Positions 38,971-50,302 of a stretch of DNA of 64,000 nucleotides are shown in pieces; positions within the stretch are counted from its first letter, which is position 1; each line of letters starts with the position of its first letter. The stretch is taken from positions 39,802 through 103,801 of the forward strand of contig CALMHQ010000001.1 in NCBI GenBank assembly GCA_937625935.1, written 5' to 3'. The notes under the pieces are model-generated. The model saw only the letters and a list, made by a program, of their open reading frames with translations, did not search any database and had not been told where the DNA came from. This DNA is from Tetramitus jugosus (lineage: Eukaryota > Protista > Heterolobosea). Made by a program: the position numbers and the translations under genes.

Positions 38971-40612
38971 ATGAGTTTTGAATTATCAATCGGCTCTCGC
39001 TCTACATAGCTATCACAGTTGTGAGGTTCGTGCTCAAGTGAATTGAATATATGAAACACTTTATGTCACAATGGCTCTCGACTGGAGTAGGATTGGGTGA
39101 GCCACATTGTGACATAAAGTGTTTCATATATGGGATCTGCTCGAGCACAAACATTATAACAGCAATAGATATACAGAGCGAGAGCCGATTGAAACTTTGA
39201 AACTCAATATTTCGCGCACAAAAGTTGCGATGGAGGGTTGGGTGGTGATCGGCAACAGAAAAAGTGCCACAAATATAGTAATAAAACAGTTTCCCTGAAA
39301 AACTACAGCTATCAAATAAGTATATTGTATGTATGAAGTTTCAATGGAGACCAGTAACAATACTCCTATAAATACTCCGAACTCCGACACTTCTAAAGGA
39401 AGCATAGTAGAGAGAAAGCGAGTTGGGAGTAGCAAGCAATATAATAGACAAATGATTAGCGTGAGCGGAGTAACCAAATTCAACTGTGATGGACAGAGTC
39501 GGATGACTTTCTGGGCGTCGGTCGGAGTTAAATATGACCATCATAGTTGAATATTATTAATCCGCTAGTGCTGATGATTTGATCTTAATATCTTATACAA
39601 CTTCCATCTTTACTTTTTCTCTAAAATGCTCCGTTTCAATGTCGGAGAAATTAACTCTCTGAAAGAATAATAAAACAGTTTCCCTGAAAAACTACAGCTA
39701 TCAAATATTTATATATTACGCATACAATTTCAATGGAAAACTTCGACTATGCCCCTATTAATACTCCGAACTCCGACAAATGTAAAGGAAGCATAATAGA
39801 GAAAAAGTAAAGATGGAAGTTGTAAGCAATATAGTGAAGAGAGGAATAGCACAAGCGAATTGACTGTACGAAACTAAAAAATGTGAAATTTAGAGAGTGA
39901 AATTTGGAGTGAGTTGGTCTGTCGACGAACATTCGTGTGATTTGTTTCGAAAACACCTATTTTCTAAACGGTGCATTGCTTTGGTCTAATTCTCGTGTTG
40001 TTTCATAGCTTCATAATATTGTCTCTGTGGCCCAAGAGTCAGTCAAATTAGACTGGCAGATTTCTTGTCGAAAAAAAAAAGTCCATGGAAAAGCATCGGA
40101 GAAATGATATTTATGGTGAATTAGAACAGAAAATTAATATTTTCTAGGTATTATGGACATAGATTATTAATCCGACATGCCGTTTTTGAGAAAAAAAGGA
40201 TTGCTCCTCAGGGGAGTTTTTCCGACCCCTAGTGATGATACAAAAACGTAAAATTTTATGTTGAAATATATTTCATCGGTAGACGATTTACAATTGGAGA
40301 TAGTGATTTTTTGATTTTTTCCGAAAAATTCCAAAAAAGTACAGATGAAACTCCGATGCAGCTAAATGTGTGAACATAGAGTGACACAGGATTTTTCGAT
40401 TTTTGATTTTTGGCCAGATTATGTAGGGTGTCATAGCAACCAGTTTCACCCTGGATGTGCACATATATATATATAGCCGTGACTGGGACCGTCTCCCAGC
40501 CCCCCACGCAAAATACGGTTTTTTGTGTGGTGTGGGTTTTGTCCGGTCTTTTTTGGCCCTTTTCTGGCCAAAATAGGGGGGATCCCCTTTTCAAAAAATT
40601 TTTGCCAGTGCA

Positions 40613-40970
40613 AAAGTAGGTAGAAGGTACCTGGAAGGTACCTAGAGCTAGGTAGAAAGGAGCTAGGTAAAGGAGGTAGAAGGAGGTAAGAAGGTAGGCC
40701 GAAAGGAGCTAGGTAGAAAGTAGGCCGAAAGTAGGCCGAAAGTAGGTAGAAGGTGCCTAGAAGGTACCTAGAGCTAGGTAGAAAGTAGGCCGAAAGGAGG
40801 TAGAAGGAGGTAAGAAGGTAGGCCGAAAGGAGCTAGGTAGAAAGTAGGCCGAAAGTAGGCCGAAAGTAGGTAGAAGGTGCCTAGAAGGTACCTAGAGCTA
40901 GGTAGAAAGTAGGCCGAAAGGAGGTAGAAGGAGGTAAGAAGGTAGGCCGAAAGGAGCTAGGTAGAAAGGA
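40613..40970 (+). repeat. AGGTAG/TAGGCCGAAAG purine-rich repeats upstream of the spacer promoter (mirror ~34555-34910)
   Basis: Repeated AGGTAGAA, TAGGCCGAAAG and GAAGGTACCTAGAGCTAGG, including a ~124-bp higher-order duplication. Confidence 0.9.
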
Positions 40971-41095
40971 GGCGCGTAGTATAGAATCTAGTATTCTTAA
41001 TATGAAGCTTATTGCGTCCTGGTGACGTAGTAGGAATAGTGCTTATGGGGCTCATGCTTCAGTACAAGCGCACCAACAACTCGCGTTCCGAACAG
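40958..41095 (+). promoter_or_regulatory. Putative spacer promoter: duplicate of the 138-bp pre-SSU block
   Basis: Matches 4413-4550 except GCGCG vs GCGTG. Homology stops abruptly after TTCCGAACAG. Confidence 0.55.
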
Positions 41096-41244
41096 GTGGG
41101 TGATAGAACCAGGACGGGAGAGCGCTCAGGCGTTCTCGGTTAAATCCGATTTTAGTGAAGAATCCCACTTCCATAATCGACCGTTGACCCTCCCTGGATG
41201 CCATGCAATTGACGTAGTGTGAAAATATGGGCGGACATTGTGCA

Positions 41245-41566
41245 AAAGCAGCATAAAGTTAACGTGATCATTCATTGTTTTGTGGTAAAAAGCAGCATAA
41301 AGTTAACGGGATCATCATTGTTTTGTGGTAAAAGCTGCGTAAAGTTAACGTGATCATCATTGTTTTGTGATAAAAAGCAGCATAAAGTTAACGGGATCAA
41401 ATCATTGTGATAAAGTGTTGTGATAAAAAGCTGCGTAAAGTTAACGGGATCATTCATTGTTTTGTGATAAAAAGCAGCATAAAGTTAACGTGATCATCAT
41501 TGTTTTGTGGTAAAAGCTGCGTAAAGTTAACGGGATCATTCATTGTTTTGTGATAAAAAGCTGCGT
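41245..41566 (+). repeat. 42-44-bp tandem repeats, 7 copies plus a partial, with a GTTAAC core
   Basis: AAAAGCWGCRTAAAGTTAACGKGATCA(T)TCATTGTTTTGTGRT. GTTAAC at 41258, 41302, 41344, 41387, 41440, 41484 and 41526. Confidence 0.93.
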
Positions 41567-44500
41567 GGAGTTAGAATAAGACACATGTTAAAACCCAGAC
41601 GTCAAGTTGGAAATGAAAGCATGCAGTCATACTCTAACTCGCATCCATTGCTGATCATCAATGACAAACTCGGACCCATAGAAGGTCAGTGAAAACTGAC
41701 TGGACGTGGAGAAGATGTTGTTGGCGATTATCAGCAGCGAGGTACTTTGGATCTGAAAGCTTGAATACGGAAAGGAGGCGTTATTGCCTGCTGAGGGTGC
41801 GTGGCTCCTAGCTACGGATTAGCGAAGAGCAAGCGCCGACTGTGTATATAATGGAGCACACTCACTAGTCTCACTAGTAAGTAAAGCTCCATCGGACACT
41901 GGTGGAAGTCACCATTGGTCTCAGTTGAGTAGAGCGCCATTGGGTCATAATGAGGGAGTTACCATTATGCGTTCCCACCAATGGAGTGAAATGACGCTGA
42001 GAGCTCACCAATGGAGTGCCATCGGGAGTTACACATCAACTGGGGAATAGATAATTGGCGGTCCGTGCTTGAACCCAGGCCGCAACACGCAGGCCGAGAG
42101 CAGGGTTAGCGGCAAATGGAGGTATTCATGTCCGATCGATCCAAGCTAGCTCAATGGATGTGCACCAAATGAACGTGGATTACATCGGAAAAGTGGCTCC
42201 TAGCTACGGATTAGCGAAGAGCAAGCGCCGACTGTGTATATAATGGAGCACACTCACTAGTCTCACTAGTAAGTAAAGCTCCATCGGACACTGGTGGAAG
42301 TCACCATTGGTCTCAGTTGAGTAGAGCGCCATTGGGTCATAATGAGGGAGTTACCATTATGCGTTCCCACCAATGGAGTGAAATGACGCTGAGAGCTCAC
42401 CAATGGAGTGCCATCGGGAGTTACACATCAACTGGGGGATGGGGAATTGGCAGTCCGGGCTTGAACCCAGGCCGCAACATGAAGCCGAGTGTAAGGACAG
42501 AAGTGGAAGTGTGTGGGTATGGGTTGTATGTCAGTAGTTTAGTCAGTAGTTTCAAATTCATGAGGTAGGGATGATTCGTCACCTCGTTTGTGTTCACCTG
42601 GTGTGTCAGTATTGAGGAAGTTGACTTCGGTCCTACTCTTTGTCTGGCACATTGGGCAGCTTTCTGGCGCTGCATCAGCTTACGGGTTGGTGGCAAAGGA
42701 AAGGTGGGTATATCCCATGGGCCTATCCAGATCTCTGGCCCCGGACACAGGCAAAGCCCAGCACACCCCATTATGGTGTATGCTTGACAGACGTTTTGAA
42801 AAAGTATGAACACTTAGGTACCTAGTGCCGAGAGTCCCTTCTTCTTTCTTCATAAGCCGTTTGAGTGCCCTTTACGCCAAAAATACCCTGTTTTTTACTA
42901 ATTTCGAAATGGATTAAACTATAGATGTCAAACTATGTTACTTATGTTTGCATCGTTCATGGTTGCCACCAGAAATGACTTTAAGTTTTAGGTGAATTTC
43001 ACATGTCGCACTGCTAACCTTCTTATTTCTTTGATAGTCCTGATACTGTCCAACCAATCAAGTGTGCTGTTGTGCAACAAGAGACATTGTTCTTAACTAC
43101 CTCCAGAAATGACCTTAGGTTTTAGGTGAATTTCACATGCCGCGCTACTAACCTTCTCATCTCTGATACTGTCTAACCAATCAAGTGTTCTGTTGTGCAA
43201 CAAGAGACGTTGGTCTTAACTTTGCTCCTAGAAAAAACTCAGTCAGTTTATGTCTTATAGATGAATCGCTTGCACTGCTGTTTAATTAACAATGTTGTGT
43301 TCCATGCGTCATATTAGATTGGAGCAATCACGCCTCCATCTCACACTTGACCTCGATCTCGACTTTGGCCTAAGAGGAAAAGTGACCCTCCTGTGTTTCA
43401 TAAAGACGAACCGTGTGAGCTTCTTGTTTATTCAATAGTGTTGTATGTTACTGGTTTAATTGGATTGGCCAAATGACGACCTTCGGGTCACACTCGATCT
43501 CGACTTTGGCCACAACTTCGCGTTCGACGTGACCACTTGTGTTTAATAGAGACTAACCGCTTGTGCTGTTTGTTTATCTGATAGTGTTATATGTTACTCG
43601 TTTCTTTGGATTGTATCAGATATGCTCCCCTAACAAAATTTCTAATTTTCCGACACTAAAAAACGGCGCATTATCAAATGATTCTGCTAAAACTGCAACA
43701 TATCAATATTTAATTTTGATTCTTCTCCACATAAAATTATCCCGCTATCTTGCTCCCCTGAGAGTTTCTATTTTCCCGACTTTTATCCACGCATAATTTT
43801 ATTACTCCGCTTGCGTTGAATATATATATATATGTATACAGTAAATAATATCACAAGATAATTTCTCCGCATGCTCAGGGAAGGAGCTAAATTTTTCGGA
43901 GAAATATACGACGGGGTTATTGGGAACCTGACTGATGACATAGAGAGGAAATATAGATTATATAAAATGGTGCATGACAGAACCGGGCTAACTTGCTTCC
44001 TCTCCATTTTAGCTGTCAATAATTTTTTCGTGTTTTTGGGCTCCTGGAAAACATGAAATTTTGGCTACTTTGCGAGGAAGCATAGAATCGCCAAAGCGAA
44101 AAAACTGACGATATATATGTTCATATTCAAGGAAAAAAAAATACCCATTTTTTGACGATTTTATTGATTTACGAAAAAATTCGCTACTTTGAGCGTGGTC
44201 GACCTTTTTTTGCTAAAAAAACATGTCTCTACTTCATCTGGTGACCAAATGGCCTTAAGTACGAACAGTAACTATAACATTTTAACATCGTTATATTTTT
44301 CGGTTAGGCTTAAATCCCCGCCAGTAAAAAGTTCCTTATGTTTTTTAAAATCGTAGGGGGGGGGTTTACCGAAAATCACTTTTTGGGTGTTTTTGATTTT
44401 CTCGCGCTAATGATTTGCTCACTATATTGCATACTACCTCCATGCATACTTTTTTTTCATTATGCTTCCTTTAGAAGTGTCGGAGTTCGGAGTATTAATA

Positions 44501-47500
44501 GGGGCATTATTACTGGTATCCATTGGAAGTACATACATACAATATATATATTTGATATCTGTAGTTTTTCAGGGAAACTGTTTTATCATTCTTTCAGAGA
44601 CTTACTTTTTCTGCCAGCAACAGAGAGAGAGTGATATGAGAAGACACAGATGACGCAGTGAAGAAATCACGAGCACGAGAGAATCAGCCAAACGAAGCTG
44701 TGGGAGACAGGCCACACACCTAGATCTGACTGCAGCTATCTCCCACAGTTGAATTTGATTACTCCACTATCGAACATGATTTCTTCTCTAGATCTTATAC
44801 GACTTCCATGTTTACTTTTTCTTCATTATGCTTCCTTTAGAAGTGTCGGAGTTCGGAGTATTAATAGGGGCATAGTCAAAGTTCTCCATTGAAACTACAT
44901 ACATACAATATACTTATTTGATAGCTGTAGTTTTTCAGGGAAACTGTTTTATTACTATATTTGTGGCACGTTTCTGTTGCCGACCACATTCCACCCTCCA
45001 TCCAACTTTTGCACTCGAAATATTGAGTTTCAAAGTGTCAATCGGCTCTCGCTCTACATAACTATCACAGTTGTGAGGTTCGTGCTCAAGTGAATTGAAT
45101 ATATGAAACACTTTATGTCACAATGGCTCTCGACTGGAGTAGGATTGGGTGAGCCACATTGTGACATAAAGTGTTTCATATATGGCATCTGCTCAAACAC
45201 GAACCTCACAACAGCAATGGCTATGTAGAGCGAGAGCCGATTGAAACTATGAAACTCAATATTTCGAGTGCAAAAGTTGTTAGTCGAGAGGTGGAGAGTG
45301 ATGTAGTTAAAAGTCGTCTCACTATAATGAGTTTTGAATTATCAATCGGCTCTCGCTCTACATAGCTATCACAGTTGTGAGGTTCGTGCTCAAGTGAATT
45401 GAATATATGAAACACTTTATGTCACAATGGCTCTCGACTGGAGTAGGATTGGGTGAGCCACATTGTGACATAAAGTGTTTCATATATGGGATCTGCTCGA
45501 GCACAAACATTATAACAGCAATAGATATACAGAGCGAGAGCCGATTGAAACTTTGAAACTCAATATTTCGCGCACAAAAGTTGCGATGGAGGGTTGGGTG
45601 GTGATCGGCAACAGAAAAAGTGCCACAAATATAGTAATAAAACAGTTTCCCTGAAAAACTACAGCTATCAAATAAGTATATTGTATGTATGAAGTTTCAA
45701 TGGAGACCAGTAACAATACTCCTATAAATACTCCGAACTCCGACACTTCTAAAGGAAGCATAGTAGAGAGAAAGCGAGTTGGGAGTAGCAAGCAATATAA
45801 TAGACAAATGATTAGCGTGAGCGGAGTAACCAAATTCAACTGTGATGGACAGAGTCGGATGACTTTCTGGGCGTCGGTCGGAGTTAAATATGACCATCAT
45901 AGTTGAATATTATTAATCCGCTAGTGCTGATGATTTGATCTTAATATCTTATACAACTTCCATCTTTACTTTTTCTCTAAAATGCTCCGTTTCAATGTCG
46001 GAGAAATTAACTCTCTGAAAGAATAATAAAACAGTTTCCCTGAAAAACTACAGCTATCAAATATTTATATATTACGCATACAATTTCAATGGAAAACTTC
46101 GACTATGCCCCTATTAATACTCCGAACTCCGACAAATGTAAAGGAAGCATAATAGAGAAAAAGTAAAGATGGAAGTTGTAAGCAATATAGTGAAGAGAGG
46201 AATAGCACAAGCGAATTGACTGTACGAAACTAAAAAATGTGAAATTTAGAGAGTGAAATTTGGAGTGAGTTGGTCTGTCGACGAACATTCGTGTGATTTG
46301 TTTCGAAAACACCTATTTTCTAAACGGTGCATTGCTTTGGTCTAATTCTCGTGTTGTTTCATAGCTTCATAATATTGTCTCTGTGGCCCAAGAGTCAGTC
46401 AAATTAGACTGGCAGATTTCTTGTCGAAAAAAAAAAGTCCATGGAAAAGCATCGGAGAAATGATATTTATGGTGAATTAGAACAGAAAATTAATATTTTC
46501 TAGGTATTATGGACATAGATTATTAATCCGACATGCCGTTTTTGAGAAAAAAAGGATTGCTCCTCAGGGGAGTTTTTCCGACCCCTAGTGATGATACAAA
46601 AACGTAAAATTTTATGTTGAAATATATTTCATCGGTAGACGATTTACAATTGGAGATAGTGATTTTTTGATTTTTTCCGAAAAATTCCAAAAAAGTACAG
46701 ATGAAACTCCGATGCAGCTAAATGTGTGAACATAGAGTGACACAGGATTTTTCGATTTTTGATTTTTGGCCAGATTATGTAGGGTGTCATAGCAACCAGT
46801 TTCACCCTGGATGTGCACATATATATATATAGCCGTGACTGGGACCGTCTCCCAGCCCCCCACGCAAAATACGGTTTTTTGGTGGGAGTAAGAGAAAAAA
46901 GAGAAAAAAAAAGAAGGAGAAGAGAGAAAAGAAGAAGGAGAAGAGAGAAAGAAGAAGGAGGAGAGGAGAAGAGAGAGAAGGAGGAGAGAAGGAGGAAGGG
47001 AAGAAGGAGGAGAGGAAGGGAGATGAAGGTAGGAGGAAGGAGAAGAGAAGAGGAAGGAGAAGAGAAGAAGAAAAAAGAAGGTAAGAGGGGAGGTAAGGTA
47101 TCTAGAAAGTAGGTAAGAGGGGAGGTAAGGTATCTAGAAAGTAGGTAGAAGGAGGAAGGAGGTAGGCTGAAAGGAGGTAGGCTGAAAGGAGGTAGGCTGA
47201 AAGGAGGTAGGCTGAAAGGAGGTAGGAAGAAGGTGGGCCGAGAGAAGGAGGTAAGAAGGTAGGCCGAAAAGAAGGCAGGCTGAAAGGAGGTAGAAGGAGG
47301 TAAGGAGATAGGTAGAAAGGAGGTAGGTAGAAGGAGGTAAGAAGGTAGGCCGAAAGGAGGTAGGTAGAAAGGAGGCGTGTAGTATAGAATCTAGTATTCT
47401 TAATATGAAGCTTATTGCGTCCTGGTGACGTAGTAGGAATAGTGCTTATGGGGCTCATGCTTCAGTACAAGCGCACCAACAACTCGCGTTCCGAACAGTT

Positions 47501-47656
47501 TTATCAGTCGTAACTTCGGTTTGACTGCTTTTATAGGTGTTTAGAAAAATCTAGTGAGTTTTACGACTCACAAGAACCAATAGATTTTTAATCTAGTTAC
47601 TAGAAAGCTGCAAGCTTAGCACGCAGTCTTAATAGGGCTAGAGAGAAAATCATGAT

Positions 47657-49008
47657 TACCTGGTTGATCCTGCCAGTAGTCATATGCTTGTCTCAAAGAT
47701 TAAGCCATGCATGTGTAAGATCGGCATAGTTTTGGGAAGAGGTTCGCCTCAACCCTTATTCATTGTTAATCTGTGAAAGGCTCATTAAACAAGTTATGAA
47801 TTTAGCCACCTGGTACAACCCTTCGGGGATGGGAATAACACTGTCAACTGCAGCGATAATGCCTACGATTACTGTTGAATTAAGTAGACAGTAGACACTA
47901 GAGTAAGGGTGAGTCCGCTCTATTGTTAGCTGGGAGGATCCAAGATTCGTCGGAAGATCTGAACAGTTGTCGACCATTAGATTTTCGCTTGCTTGCAAGC
48001 GAATGCAGCGTGAATGACTTAGCGTCCTAATAAGACCTACGGCTTTCTTGTTGACTAGTGGCCAGGAAGATATGTTTCTAATCTATCAGCTCAGTAGTTT
48101 CGGTAAAGGCGAAACGAGGCTATAACGGATACGGGGGATTGGTGTCCAACTCCGGAGAGAGAGCCTGAGAAACGGCTATCACATCTAAGGACGGCAGCAG
48201 GCGCGTAAATTACCCAATTCTAATTCAGAGAGGTAGTGACAAGACATAGCGACTTTACACCAAATGGTGGAAAGGTACCACTTTGTGGTTTGAAATGGAT
48301 GGAGATTAAACCTCTCCATGAGTAGCAATTAGAGGACAAGTCTGGTGCCAGCACCCGCGGTAATTCCAGCTCTAAAAGTGTATATTAATACTGTTGTAGT
48401 TAAAACGCCCGTAGTAAACCAAAGGGTTATAGTTATTGATCTGATCAGTTCTGTTCATCATAGTCGGTCACGTATTGTGGCTGATTGGGTGAATAAGGAC
48501 AGGTCCTCGGTCTCTAACGGAAGCGAAAGGGTCCGCCCAATTAGCATCCGCCATGGGATAGGTCAATGATTATGGCTCGTTCCCTATCAGTCCGTAAGGT
48601 CTGATAGGGCCAATTGGCACAACCGTAAACAAATCAGAGTGCTCCAAGCAGGCAATGTACGGGGTAACCCATTTGCTTGAATGATTTAGCATGGAATTGT
48701 CACGAAGCCGATCGGAAACTTCAAGGGATTTCCTGAGAAGTGGAAGATCCGGCGTTCGCAATGAGACACTGATAGAGGATCCAAGTACTATGGCGCGAGA
48801 GGTGAAATTCAGTGACCGCTATATGACTATCTAATGCGAAAGCAGTTGTGATCCAGAGCGTGTCTGTCAATCAGGGACGAAAGTTAAGGGATCGAAGATG
48901 ATTAGATACCGTCGTAGTCTTAACCGTAAACGATACCAACACGAGATTGGTAGTGAGACTTTTAGATCCTATCAGAATCCAAGGGAAACCGTTAAGTTTT
49001 TGGGTTCT

Positions 49009-49054
<46 letters not shown>

Positions 49055-49773
49055 AGGCACCACCAGGAGTGGAGTATGCGGCTTAATTCGACTCAACGCG
49101 GGGAAACTCACCAAGTTAGGATGTGAATATGATTGACAGATTAAGGTTCTTTCTTGATTTTACAGAAGGTGGTGCATGGTCGTTCTTAGTTCGTGGAGTG
49201 ATTCGTCTTGTTAATTCAGTTAACGAGCGAGACCTTAACTTGCTAATTAAGGTACAGGGACTTCTTCGGTTGTCCATCGTTTCGTTGGGGGAATGTATAT
49301 TTCCTCAGGAAACCTGTACTGTCACTGTTCGCAGTGATGCTTCTTAGAGGTACAGCACCCGCTTCAGGGTGAGGAAGTTTAAGGCAATAACAGATCTGTG
49401 ATGCCCTTAGATATCTTGGGCTGCACGCGTACTACAATATTAATAGCAACAAGTAACGTAGAGTCATCTTTCGGGATGCAACCCTGGTCCGAAAGGATTG
49501 GGAAATCTTATCAAAGATTAATGTGACAGGGATCGAGGTTTGTAAATCCTCGTGAACGAGGAATTCCTAGTAAGCATGATTCATCATGTCGTATTGGCTT
49601 CGTCCCTGCCTTTTGTACACACCGCCCGTCGCTCGTACCGACTGAATAGAGGTATGAATTTGATGGACCAGCGTTGCTCTAAGCAATGCGAGAAAATCAA
49701 CTGAATTTCTCTATTTGTAGGAACGAGAAGTCGTAACAAGGTCTTCGTAGGTGAACCTGCGGAGGGATCATTT
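47657..49773 (+). rRNA. 18S (SSU) rRNA, copy 3
   Basis: Direct copy of copy 1 at offset 42948. Confidence 0.98.
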
Positions 49774-50015
49774 ATTCGGTTGCATCAACCAGGCAATCTT
49801 CGGATTGTCATGCAACCACTGACATTGTCAGAAGGTCAACATTGGAATCTCCGTCCAATGTTAAGACTTGACTGGTAGGAGAGTAAAACAAAAGACATTG
49901 AAGTCGATCACATTTCGATGTGACGATGTCTTTTCACAACTAGTGTGTGTTTTGAGGAGTATCAGAAACAATCCGTTCTGATGCGTCACTTTGGTGAAAC
50001 TCAGCGACTAGGATG

Positions 50016-50175
50016 GATGCTTTGCGATGGATGACTAGGGTCTTGTATCGATGAAGAACGCGGTTAAACGTGACAGTTAATGTGACTTGCAACTCCCGTG
50101 AATCATCAAGATTTTGAACGCATACGGAACTCTTGCTGCTTTCGAGTAGCAAGGGTACTTGCTTGTGAGTGTCAG
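50016..50175 (+). rRNA. 5.8S rRNA, copy 3
   Basis: Direct copy of copy 1 at offset 42948. Confidence 0.93.
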
Positions 50176-50302
50176 TATCTCATTCATATTAGCTTTGGGA
50201 GGTCTTTCAACCAATTGATTTGGATTTAAGAACCCTCAGCTATCGTCAATCTTAGGATTGGGTACAGAGATATCTTCGGATTTTTCATACATACTGATTT
50301 TT

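Noticed and set aside
36821-39059. Series of identical 86-aa ORFs
   Set aside because: Produced by the 146-bp tandem repeat, with non-ATG starts and overlapping frames.
42095-42235. Faint 5S rRNA-like words (GTCCGATC..AAGCTA; GCTACGG..AAGCGCC)
   Set aside because: The motifs are out of order, and there is no box C or 5S secondary structure.
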